Source: a virus
Strand: one strand, 5' to 3'
DNA length: 41,981 bases
IMG/VR virus record: IMGVR_UViG_3300029127_000011
Both the position numbers and the translations under genes were made by a program. The first letter of the stretch is position 1; each line of letters opens with the position of its first letter. A model generated the notes under the pieces. It was not told where the DNA came from. It saw nothing but the letters and a program-made list of their open reading frames with translations, and did no database searches. Of this stretch, positions 34,000 through 41,466 are shown piece by piece.

Positions 34000-35079
34000 T
34001 TATTTTTCGGGCTTCCAGTCGATGCCCAGCCGCTGCAGAACTCCACGTTCGTAGTATCTTGTCAGCGAATCCTTGACAGGCTTGTTGTTCGGGTTCTTCT
34101 TCAAGTCTGCAAGGTTCTGCTGGATTACCCACCGGAACTTGCTGTCTTGGCTCTGCTGGCTCGCTGGCTGCTGGTGCTTGGCTTGCTCGTAGAGTTCCCC
34201 GATGCTCGGTCTTGCCGTTGGATCCTGCGCCCTGGCTGCTGCCGATTGCGGCTGCTGGCTCGCTGGCTTGGTGTTGTCGTAGTTGCCCTCCAGCACCTTC
34301 GGGAAATACTTCCTTGTCATTACCCAGTCGTACGATGCCCAGGAGTGCCCTGCGTTCAGATAGTCGCTAGCCATAGCCTTGTCGATGGCTAGGTAAATCT
34401 TGGAAATATCTCCCTTGCAGTCCTTGAGCCTTCCTCTGATTGCCTCCTTGCGGTTTTCCGTCATCAGCGTCAGCCTTCGCATTGCGCTGTTGGTCTTGTC
34501 GTGCTGCTCGTTCCAGTAGTCCTTGATGGCTGCGTAGTCGATTTCGCCTTTCTTGGATTTCTTCTTCTCAGAACTTTTTTGCGGTTCTTCTGCAGCGCAA
34601 ACGTTTTTCCGAGAAAAACTTTGCATAGAAGCTTCTTTAGAAGGTTCTAATATATTATCTGTTTCTTTAGAAACATCATTAACATCTACATTATCATAAA
34701 CATTATCATTTACATATACATTATCATTATCATATAAGGTTTTTGAAAAAACCTCTTGGTTTTGTTTGGTTATTTCTGAAACCTCTTGGTTTTTATCTAA
34801 ACCAATTGGTTTTTGTTTATCCTCTTGGTTTTTTCTTGGTCTGCCACCCTTTTTGCCATTGGCTCGCCATCGTTCTACCTTCTCTTCGTACTTGGCTTTA
34901 TTCCGTTTCATATCGTCAACGATAAAACCGAAAGCCATACGAACGACTGGTTCGAGACTAATAGTCTCCCCATCCCTTGCGTAGAGAAATATCGCTCTCG
35001 TCAGTTGCCCGAGTTGTTCATCGGTCAGCCCCTCGATAAGAGCGTAGTATGATGTGTATAAGATGAATGAATCGTTCAT
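34000..35079 (-). CDS. replisome organizer / replication initiator-like protein
   Basis: The N-terminus FILYTSYYALIEGLTDEQLGQLTRAIFLY...KAKYEEKVERWRANGKKGGRP and the C-terminal conserved phage domain are joined by a low-complexity linker that carries DNA iterons. Confidence 0.72.
   Translation of the reverse strand: MNDSFILYTSYYALIEGLTDEQLGQLTRAIFLYARDGETISLEPVVRMAFGFIVDDMKRNKAKYEEKVERWRANGKKGGRPRKNQEDKQKPIGLDKNQEVSEITKQNQEVFSKTLYDNDNVYVNDNVYDNVDVNDVSKETDNILEPSKEASMQSFSRKNVCAAEEPQKSSEKKKSKKGEIDYAAIKDYWNEQHDKTNSAMRRLTLMTENRKEAIRGRLKDCKGDISKIYLAIDKAMASDYLNAGHSWASYDWVMTRKYFPKVLEGNYDNTKPASQQPQSAAARAQDPTARPSIGELYEQAKHQQPASQQSQDSKFRWVIQQNLADLKKNPNNKPVKDSLTRYYERGVLQRLGIDWKPEK
34688..34840. promoter_or_regulatory. 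candidate origin of replication inside the organizer gene (3x acattatcat AT-rich repeats + 4 iterons CCTCTTGGTTTT/CCAATTGGTTTT)
   Basis: acattatcat occurs at 34688, 34700 and 34718. Iterons start at about 34752, 34782, 34802 and 34821, giving 30/20/19-bp spacing. Confidence 0.55.
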
Positions 35080-35085
35080 GATGCT

Positions 35086-35262
35086 TTATTCTGATAATGA
35101 TAATTTCTTTTCCAGCTTCCGTTTGAGCACGGTGGCCATACGGATTTTGTTCCGCTGGCTTGTGTCGGTCGGTGCTGTCACTTCCCCACCTAGGGAAATA
35201 TAATTCTCCAGTTGGGAAATTATATTCCTTAGGTCGGTTTTTGATATAGGAACGCTAGCCAT
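35086..35262 (-). CDS. small ORF (58 aa, MASVPISKTDLRNIISQLENY...), below the track cutoff
   Basis: My own translation. It fills the 35080-35273 gap. Confidence 0.4.
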   Translation of the reverse strand: MASVPISKTDLRNIISQLENYISLGGEVTAPTDTSQRNKIRMATVLKRKLEKKLSLSE

Positions 35263-35273
35263 AAGCCCTGCCT

Positions 35274-36215
35274 TTACTTAATGAGCAATCTTCGTGCTCC
35301 CTGCACCTGCTTGATGTACTTGGCGCACGCTTTAGGATGGTCTGCCTGAAAAGCCTTGGCATCGAACTTCTCGCTTGCCTTCGGTGCTTTCCACGTTGCC
35401 AGCGTCTTGCCGTTTCCGTCCACGATGCTCTCTGCGTCCCCGAAGAACAGCTTCAAGTTGTCCTCGATCTCCTTCTGTCGGTTCTCGAGTGTCTTGCTCT
35501 TCTCCTTGATTTCCTTCAACTCGATGAGCATGTCCCCGATTTCGGCTGTGGCTTCAATCTCCTTTCCTGCCTTGTGCAGTGGAGACTTCAGGAGAACGTC
35601 TTGTGCGCTGTACGCAGGTGGTTCTTGGTTGCCCACGATGTAGTCAAGCCAGAATTTGGTTATCTCGTCCCTCATCCATCCGAAGAACTCGGGGTCGAAA
35701 TCGATGTCACGGTAGCCGAACTCCCTGCCTGCTGTCAGCCAGGCAAGTGCTCCATCTTTGTACTCGCCAACTCCGAGGTTCATCTGTAGCTGGCAGAACC
35801 AGTGCTTCGGAAGGTCGTCTGCATCTATCTGCATCTGCGTGGTCTTGCACTCGAGGATGCTCTTGCTCGCTTCGTTGTGCGTTGCAGAGACTCTCCAGAA
35901 GGTGCGGTCAGGAGATACACGCAGATACGGAGTATCGGTGTTCGTGATAGTGTAGTCGTCCGTGCTCGCCTTGATTATGTGGCAGTGGCTCTCTCGCTTG
36001 AAGAACTGCGCCACGGCATCCTCCAGCAGATGTCCTGCGACCATCGCAAAGTTCTCAACCTTTGGTGGGTCGATACCCTTCTTCCTTCGCCACAGCTGGT
36101 ATGGTGTTTCCCATGGGTTCAGTCCCAGCACCGTACCTGCCTCTGATGCGCCTATTCCCTTCGAGCGGTTCTGCAACCACTCCTCTCTGCTTTTGTATTT
36201 TATTATCTGTTTCAT
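35274..36215 (-). CDS. YqaJ-like / lambda-Exo-type recombination exonuclease
   Basis: Contains GIGASEAGTVLGLNPWETPYQLW and a PD-(D/E)XK-like core (SPDR...ECKT). Confidence 0.88.
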   Translation of the reverse strand: MKQIIKYKSREEWLQNRSKGIGASEAGTVLGLNPWETPYQLWRRKKGIDPPKVENFAMVAGHLLEDAVAQFFKRESHCHIIKASTDDYTITNTDTPYLRVSPDRTFWRVSATHNEASKSILECKTTQMQIDADDLPKHWFCQLQMNLGVGEYKDGALAWLTAGREFGYRDIDFDPEFFGWMRDEITKFWLDYIVGNQEPPAYSAQDVLLKSPLHKAGKEIEATAEIGDMLIELKEIKEKSKTLENRQKEIEDNLKLFFGDAESIVDGNGKTLATWKAPKASEKFDAKAFQADHPKACAKYIKQVQGARRLLIK

Positions 36216-36227
36216 TGTCTGAATGTT

Positions 36228-36527
36228 TTATTTATCAAAAAAGAATTTTCTAGCTGCTGTAATAACGATTGTGCGAAGGAATTTATCCCTTTGCATTGCT
36301 TGAGCAATTCCATCTGCGAGGTAAGCGGTTTTACCGTGGTAAGCAATATGAAAATCGAATCCTTGGTTTCCGTCTTCATCTGCATCTCCAGTCGGCTCTA
36401 TTGCAGCCTGCAGATAGCATCTTTCTTCTTCGGCTTCTTCTGCCCATGCCTTGTACCCATCTGCGGTTCTGCTGAAGTACTTGTCGATGGTGCTCTTGTG
36501 TTTCTGATTGTTTTCTTTTTCTGCCAT
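36228..36527 (-). CDS. hypothetical protein (99 aa)
   Basis: ORF with an AAACATTCAG box 7 nt before the ATG. Confidence 0.65.
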   Translation of the reverse strand: MAEKENNQKHKSTIDKYFSRTADGYKAWAEEAEEERCYLQAAIEPTGDADEDGNQGFDFHIAYHGKTAYLADGIAQAMQRDKFLRTIVITAARKFFFDK

Positions 36528-36643
36528 ATTATTACTGAATGTTTAAAAATTGCCACGGCTTCCCTTGGTAGGTTATGATGGGAGCCCACCCCATAGGTTG
36601 TGCCGTGGCGGTTCGGGCAAACGTTATAACTTTATAAACTAAA

Positions 36644-37504
36644 CTACTTCTTCGCTGCTGTGCCAGTCTTGCCTTGGCTGCGGTTCATTGCCTTCTGCGC
36701 CTTGTTCTTGGCATCATCGGCTGCTGCCTGCGCCTGCTGTGCGATGGCTTCCTGCAGCTTTGGCTTCTTGAAGGTCTCCTCTACGGTGGTCGTGCCTTCC
36801 TTGATAGCGTTGTACACACCAGCCAGCTTCTGAATATCCTCTGCCGTGACTTCCTCGGCTGATTTCTTGCCCAGGTATTCCAGCAGCATAAGGTCTGTTA
36901 CCTGGTACACTTGGAAGCAGGCTACGCAGCTCTTCCACTGGCTCTGTACGCCAGTCTGCTTGATGTGCTCAAGTGCCTTTGCCTGCACTTCCTTCACCAC
37001 GCTTGCAATCAATACCTGCGGCACGACCTTGCAGATTGCGTTACGCTGGGCAATCGCAACCGCTGCATTACCAACTACCACCTGCATATCCTGCGAGAAG
37101 GTGTATCCCTTCGAGGTCAGAATGCTGCGCTTCACTTCTACGGAGTAGGCAACGTTGCTCTCGAGGTCGTGACAGACGCCTTGTGCCGTAATGGTCTTGC
37201 CATCGTTTGCGATGATGCGACCTGCGATGCGAAGGTTCTTCCAGCATGCAGAAATAATTTCTGTAAATCTCACGCTAGGACCCTCAATAACCGACACCTG
37301 ACCATCCTTGCCCTTGCGCTCTAGGTGGTAGAAGCAGTTGTATGCTACATCATCGTCCATGGCTGCCAATGCTACCATGTTCTGCTTGCATTGCATGATG
37401 TCTCTCGGGAACTTGTGCGCTGTTGCAATCTGTCCGTCAATCTCCGAGCGGTTGATAGCTTCCAGCATTTCGCCACCGCTTACATTGATAATTTCATTTT
37501 CCAT
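36644..37504 (-). CDS. single-strand annealing protein (RecT/Red-beta-like), partner of the exonuclease
   Basis: 286 aa, in synteny with the YqaJ exonuclease, with a basic/Ala-rich tail. The family call is by resemblance. Confidence 0.6.
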   Translation of the reverse strand: MENEIINVSGGEMLEAINRSEIDGQIATAHKFPRDIMQCKQNMVALAAMDDDVAYNCFYHLERKGKDGQVSVIEGPSVRFTEIISACWKNLRIAGRIIANDGKTITAQGVCHDLESNVAYSVEVKRSILTSKGYTFSQDMQVVVGNAAVAIAQRNAICKVVPQVLIASVVKEVQAKALEHIKQTGVQSQWKSCVACFQVYQVTDLMLLEYLGKKSAEEVTAEDIQKLAGVYNAIKEGTTTVEETFKKPKLQEAIAQQAQAAADDAKNKAQKAMNRSQGKTGTAAKK

Positions 37505-37550
37505 AATTCGTTCTTTTTATTGTTCAACATAATCTTTTAATTAACTCTAG

Positions 37551-37629
37551 TGGAAGGCTGGGGATTCGAACCCCAGTTGACTGCCAAAACTTACCCCCCC
37601 CCTTGCCAGCTGCCGAGGGATGCCCTTCC
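37551..37629 (-). other. tRNA-like element: perfect T-arm (TGGGG-TTCGAAT-CCCCA) + acceptor-like ends, degenerate anticodon arm, G9 tract
   Basis: Minus strand reads ggaaggg...ccct-cggcagctggca-aggg...ggcag-tcaac-tggggttcgaatcccca-gccttcc-a. No anticodon stem can be paired. Confidence 0.45.
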
Positions 37630-37768
37630 GTTGCAGGGCGCACGCTGTCGTTTCCGCATATTACATGGTAAAAACAACTAATTTTAGATAACCTTGAAAA
37701 ATGAGTTTTGCGTGCGCCCTTTGCCCTGCCGCTGCAGAAAGCCATATAATAATTGTTTAACATCGTAA

Positions 37769-38110
37769 TCAAACCAGTTGAGCCATAAGGCTGTCGAGCC
37801 TGCTTTCCTCGAAGGCGTCCATCGGGTCTTGGTCTGCGTATTGGCTGTTCTCTTCCAGCCAGTCGTCCATCACGTCCTGATAGTTGACGCAGCCCTCGAT
37901 GGCTTCCTCCAGCCGCTCGCTGTCGTTGTTGCTATTCTTGTGCGTCACGACCGCTGTGTTCCCGGTTCTGTCGCACCAGACTGAAATGCCGCCTGCCTTT
38001 GTTTTAATGTCTACCCTTGCAACCGCTGGTTGCTGCGGGTCACGGTCTAACTCCAGCCAGATGGCATCGTACATTGCCTCTTCGCATTGTTTGATAATTC
38101 TTGGTTCCAT
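37769..38110 (-). CDS. acidic hypothetical protein (113 aa)
   Basis: ORF in the early operon. Confidence 0.65.
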   Translation of the reverse strand: MEPRIIKQCEEAMYDAIWLELDRDPQQPAVARVDIKTKAGGISVWCDRTGNTAVVTHKNSNNDSERLEEAIEGCVNYQDVMDDWLEENSQYADQDPMDAFEESRLDSLMAQLV

Positions 38111-38114
38111 AATG

Positions 38115-38612
38115 CTAAATTCTTCTTTTAATCACGACATTCCATTTGTCTTCCGGGAAAATCTTACGGATCGTTTCGATACATTTATTAAGTTCTTTGA
38201 GTGAGCAAAACGCATCCACCAGGTCACCTTCTTCGTACCATTCCCATCTTTTAGTGTCTGCCGCTTCCTCTTTTGAAAGAGGTCTGACTATGCTCGCTTT
38301 GAATCCCTGGTACTCGTTAGGAATCTTTATGCCACCAAGGTATCCTCCTACAATTTTATTTCCGCTTCTGTTTACCACGGGAATACTAATAGAGCAATAG
38401 TAATGCTCTGCTCCACCACAATAACCTATATAAGAAGTTATGCAAAACTCCACATCACGCTTTCCTTTCGTATAATCACCTTTTGTGGTATATTTCTCAC
38501 CATCAAGATCAAGGCAGAAGGTGAAGCCTTCTCCAATCGTGCTAGGAATAGGAGCTTCCATTTCCGTAATATCGGCTCCACGTTCCACTCGTATCATTTC
38601 TTTCCAATTCAT
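38115..38612 (-). CDS. hypothetical protein (165 aa)
   Basis: ORF in the early operon. Confidence 0.7.
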   Translation of the reverse strand: MNWKEMIRVERGADITEMEAPIPSTIGEGFTFCLDLDGEKYTTKGDYTKGKRDVEFCITSYIGYCGGAEHYYCSISIPVVNRSGNKIVGGYLGGIKIPNEYQGFKASIVRPLSKEEAADTKRWEWYEEGDLVDAFCSLKELNKCIETIRKIFPEDKWNVVIKRRI

Positions 38613-38616
38613 AACC

Positions 38617-38868
38617 TTACCGTCTGCTTAAATAGTTAAATAATGTCAGACGTGCGTCCGCAAGCGTCTGCTTGTTAAACTCGCTCATCGGGAGCACCGG
38701 TATTCCGTCCAGTGAAAGACAAAGCATGTTGTCGAACTCCCTTACCTGAATGCGTCTTTCCGCTTCCTTAATGGTTGCCAGTCGCTTGTTGTCCTTTCGC
38801 TCCTGCTCCCACTTGGCGGTAAGCTGCTTCGCTTTCTTGTATGCCTGCATCATAGGGCAACCCTCCAC
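38617..38868 (-). CDS. hypothetical protein (83 aa)
   Basis: ORF in the early operon. Confidence 0.6.
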   Translation of the reverse strand: MEGCPMMQAYKKAKQLTAKWEQERKDNKRLATIKEAERRIQVREFDNMLCLSLDGIPVLPMSEFNKQTLADARLTLFNYLSRR

Positions 38869-39047
38869 GCTCTCTTGATTTCTGCCCCCTCGATAACCTT
38901 GCGGTTGTCGATTCTGCGGAACTTGACCTTCATCTTACCAGCCTGCAACCATCTGCGCAGGGTGTTTCGATGGATGCCCAGCACCTTGCAGGTCTCTGTC
39001 ATGGTGTATCTGCCTGCATCCGCTACCTTTGGTTCTTCGTTCGTCAT
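38850..39047 (-). CDS. HTH_17/excisionase-family DNA-binding protein (65 aa)
   Basis: YTMTETCKVLGIHRNTLRRWLQAGKM is a typical Xis/MerR-type winged HTH. Confidence 0.6.
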   Translation of the reverse strand: MTNEEPKVADAGRYTMTETCKVLGIHRNTLRRWLQAGKMKVKFRRIDNRKVIEGAEIKRAWRVAL

Positions 39048-39048
39048 A

Positions 39049-39141
39049 TTAAGCCCTCCAAAAGATTAAAGTTACTAATACGATGGCAACTGCCAGGGAT
39101 AATACTTCGTCACTTGTGATAATCTCGATAAACTTCTTCAT
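39049..39141 (-). CDS. tiny membrane peptide ORF (30 aa, MKKFIEIITSDEVLSLAVAIVLVTLIFWRA)
   Basis: My own translation. Its stop lies 1 nt before the next ATG, and an AAACATTCAG box lies 5 nt before its ATG. Confidence 0.3.
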   Translation of the reverse strand: MKKFIEIITSDEVLSLAVAIVLVTLIFWRA

Positions 39142-39173
39142 ACGCTCTGAATGTTTAAATTGGTTCTACTTGA

Positions 39174-39416
39174 TTATTTGCGCACGGTTGCACGTCTCTT
39201 CTTTGGTGTAATAACTCCAGCCTTGATGAGGATAACACGCACGTTTTGCTGGGTGCAACCAACACGCTGTGATACTGCGAGCATTATTCTGCTGTCTGAG
39301 GTCTCGGCAGGTGCTTTTGCTCGGAAATCTGCAAACATCGCTATGATGTTCTTCTTTCTTTCGTCCTGCTGCTTCTGCAGTGGGGTTCTGAAATCATAAT
39401 TAAAATTTTCTCCCAT
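39174..39416 (-). CDS. Cro-like HTH regulator, first gene of the early leftward operon
   Basis: Contains RIMLAVSQRVGCTQQNVRVILIKAG (HTH) and is divergent from the repressor gene. Confidence 0.6.
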   Translation of the reverse strand: MGENFNYDFRTPLQKQQDERKKNIIAMFADFRAKAPAETSDSRIMLAVSQRVGCTQQNVRVILIKAGVITPKKRRATVRK

Positions 39417-39444
39417 TTTATTTGTATTTTACAATTATTTTCTT

Positions 39445-39452
39445 TATCTTTG
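39445..39452 (+). promoter_or_regulatory. rightward promoter -7 box TAtcTTTG (TTTG at 39421-39424, N20 spacing)
   Basis: Exact match to the consensus spacing, upstream of the repressor gene. Confidence 0.55.
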
Positions 39453-39458
39453 CAAATG

Positions 39459-39473
39459 AGTTTTTAAACTCGC
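39459..39473. promoter_or_regulatory. candidate operator palindrome GAGTTT-tt-AAACTC in the promoter overlap zone
   Basis: 6-2-6 perfect inverted repeat. Additional GTTTTTAA-type half-sites lie at 39532-39560, and a 14-bp palindrome AAAACAATTGTTTT lies at about 39512-39525. Confidence 0.4.
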
Positions 39474-39488
39474 TTTGTAATTCGGTTG

Positions 39489-39496
39489 CAAAAATA
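39489..39496 (-). promoter_or_regulatory. leftward promoter -7 box TAttTTTG
   Basis: The plus strand shows caaaaata. It lies to the right of the rightward promoter, so the two 5'UTRs would overlap. Confidence 0.45.
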
Positions 39497-39574
39497 CAAA
39501 AAGAAAATTGAAAAACAATTGTTTTGTGGTTGTTTTTAATAAGTTTTTAATTAGTTTTAAATTGATTTACAATT

Positions 39575-39931
39575 ATGAGCGGTGAAGAGTTAAAGAAGTA
39601 TATTAAGCGTTCGGGCTTGACAATGAGCGATGTAGCTAGAGAACTGGGTACTACACCACAGAATGTGCAGGCTCGTCTTGGACGCAAAACTATAAAAATT
39701 GATTTTATCCAAAAGATAAAGGAAATCATCGACAGATGTGCCCCTCCTCTCCCTGCTGAGATGGAAGCGGCTGTTACCGGTTCAAACGTCAATGGTTCGA
39801 ACAGTTCCAACGTTTCCCAGCCAATAGGTAGCGATGCTGCCTTGGCTGCTGAAAACAAACTGCTGCGAGAACAGAATGAGTTCCTGCAAAGTCAAGTAAA
39901 AACGCTGCTTGCCATTGTGGGACAGAAATAA
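39575..39931 (+). CDS. CI-like HTH repressor with a C-terminal leucine-zipper-like coiled coil
   Basis: Contains LKKYIKRSGLTMSDVARELGTTPQNVQARL (HTH) and ENKLLREQNEFLQSQVKTLLAIV. Confidence 0.7.
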   Translation: MSGEELKKYIKRSGLTMSDVARELGTTPQNVQARLGRKTIKIDFIQKIKEIIDRCAPPLPAEMEAAVTGSNVNGSNSSNVSQPIGSDAALAAENKLLREQNEFLQSQVKTLLAIVGQK

Positions 39932-39936
39932 TTTAG

Positions 39937-39944
39937 TAACTTTG
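39937..39944 (+). promoter_or_regulatory. -7 box TAacTTTG upstream of the membrane-protein operon
   Basis: Exact TAnnTTTG about 15 nt before the 39959 ATG, which implies a very short leader. Confidence 0.4.
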
Positions 39945-39958
39945 CAAAATGAAAAAGA

Positions 39959-40192
39959 ATGGTTAGTCAGAAAACAACAGATGATAGGGAGACGGACAGA
40001 AGAAAACTCTTGGCTGGGTATCTGTACGACTGCTCGAAAATGATGTACGGAAGCGTTGCTGTCGGTGGTCTGTCTCCTCTACTAACTGGTGACCCATTGC
40101 AGGCGGTTCATCAAGTCTGCTTGGTGTCGGGTGTGGCTTGTGGCGCATCACTTGCGTACCTTGCAAATTATATAATGAAATTTAAAAAATAA
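39959..40192 (+). CDS. small membrane protein (77 aa)
   Basis: Two hydrophobic segments (SVAVGGLSPLL and VCLVSGVACGASLAYL). Confidence 0.5.
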   Translation: MVSQKTTDDRETDRRKLLAGYLYDCSKMMYGSVAVGGLSPLLTGDPLQAVHQVCLVSGVACGASLAYLANYIMKFKK

Positions 40193-40197
40193 AGATT

Positions 40198-40302
40198 ATG
40201 GATGCATTCTTGTTATTTAACGTGATGGCATTGGGAATGACCATTGCATTCGGCATTTTCTTGAAATCAAAGAAAGGTCAGAAGTGGTTGCGTGAACTTT
40301 AG
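40198..40302 (+). CDS. tiny membrane peptide ORF (34 aa, MDAFLLFNVMALGMTIAFGIFLKSKKGQKWLREL)
   Basis: My own translation. A single TM helix followed by a basic tail. Confidence 0.3.
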   Translation: MDAFLLFNVMALGMTIAFGIFLKSKKGQKWLREL

Positions 40303-40344
40303 TTCTCGCTCCAGGTACAATATCAACTAAAATTCTAAGTAACG

Positions 40345-40794
40345 ATGAAAGATGAGGATTTCATAGAGCGGAAGGAGAAGGTTCTTCTTGCCGCTCTCGG
40401 TAAAAGCTGGCTATGGAAAGCCAGCAGGTTGATAATAGGCATTATCCCTCCAGTGGGTGCGTTTGTGATGCTGGTGCACTGCACCCTGCTCTCGTTCGGC
40501 ATTCGGGTAAAACTCACGGAGTGGATATTCGACTGCTCGCTCTTCGGCTTCATCGCCTGGATCATCGTCAGTCTAGCCTATGGGTTCTGCTGGGTGCATC
40601 GGGCGTTCTCTACCTACAGAGTGCTGATTTCGTTCTGCATCGACTTCCAGCGTTCCTTCGGGTTCGGTGTCTTGTGCCATCCGCTCCATCTGCTGATGGT
40701 CGCCCTAGGGCTGCTTCTCTTCTTCATCTTCATCAAGAAAAAGGCTTGGAATGAGTTCTACGAAAGAAATATTAATCATTTAAACGAAAAGTAA
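40345..40794 (+). CDS. polytopic membrane protein (149 aa, about 4 TM)
   Basis: Hydrophobic helices throughout. Part of the lysogeny-strand operon. Confidence 0.7.
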   Translation: MKDEDFIERKEKVLLAALGKSWLWKASRLIIGIIPPVGAFVMLVHCTLLSFGIRVKLTEWIFDCSLFGFIAWIIVSLAYGFCWVHRAFSTYRVLISFCIDFQRSFGFGVLCHPLHLLMVALGLLLFFIFIKKKAWNEFYERNINHLNEK

Positions 40795-40795
40795 T

Positions 40796-41284
40796 ATGAA
40801 AAAGATAATAATGTTATTCGTGCTTGCGCTTGCGTGCGTGGGTGTGCGTTCGCAAACACTTTTATCTAGGAGTTATGACGTTTCTCCAGTTATTAGCTAC
40901 ACCGTTTTTGAGCCGCAAAAAGACACGGTGTATTACTGGCAGATAAACAATGTTAATTCAGCCAAGATGATTGAATCTTTCTATCTTAGGTTTCGTGGAA
41001 GAAACGAACTGCAAAGAACGCTCAAATTTCTTGTCTCACTTGAAGGTGAAGAAAAGGGTAGGACTTACAGGCTTGACGACACGATTGACGGAAACGAGGT
41101 AACAACTGGAAAGGTAGAAGGTTTCCTCTTTATCCCATCCGCAGAAGGTGTTACCATCGAAAACAAAAAAGGGTTTCTTCCATCCTCATCATTCTATACC
41201 TACAAAAGTCTAGCTGATGTTGCCAAAGGTGGCTTTGATGAAATTAAAAGAAAGAAACAACCTCGGCAATTCTTGTTTGAATGA
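40796..41284 (+). CDS. secreted protein or lipoprotein (162 aa)
   Basis: Signal peptide MKKIIMLFVLALACVGVRSQ. The start lies 1 nt after the upstream stop. Confidence 0.7.
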   Translation: MKKIIMLFVLALACVGVRSQTLLSRSYDVSPVISYTVFEPQKDTVYYWQINNVNSAKMIESFYLRFRGRNELQRTLKFLVSLEGEEKGRTYRLDDTIDGNEVTTGKVEGFLFIPSAEGVTIENKKGFLPSSSFYTYKSLADVAKGGFDEIKRKKQPRQFLFE

Positions 41285-41466
41285 AGTATCTTAGCGTTCT
41301 TCTCGCCTACGAGAAATATTTGCCAGTGCTAACCCCTTCCGAGGTGGATGGTCTGCTGGCTTCTCGTCCCTCGCTGGCTCAGTTGCAGGACTGGTCGCAA
41401 AGATTGAATAATCATCGGGCAAGGCTGGAAAGCGTTTTCAGTCGTGCCTACAAAAAGATAAAATGA
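41281..41466 (+). CDS. hypothetical protein (61 aa)
   Basis: ATGA overlaps at both ends indicate translational coupling. Confidence 0.5.
   Translation: MKYLSVLLAYEKYLPVLTPSEVDGLLASRPSLAQLQDWSQRLNNHRARLESVFSRAYKKIK

Noticed and set aside
37551-37629. Calling this a functional tRNA gene.
   Set aside because: No anticodon stem can be paired, position 8 is not U, the D-loop is over-long and there is a 7:66 mismatch. Only the T-arm and acceptor are canonical, so it is reported as a tRNA-like element only.
37524-37772. 82-aa minus-strand ORF spanning the gap between the annealing-protein gene and the 113-aa gene.
   Set aside because: It runs through the tRNA-like T-arm, the G9 tract and long inverted repeats. 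The peptide is low-complexity (GKGGGKF, SAAGKG). The region is better explained as structured non-coding DNA or RNA.
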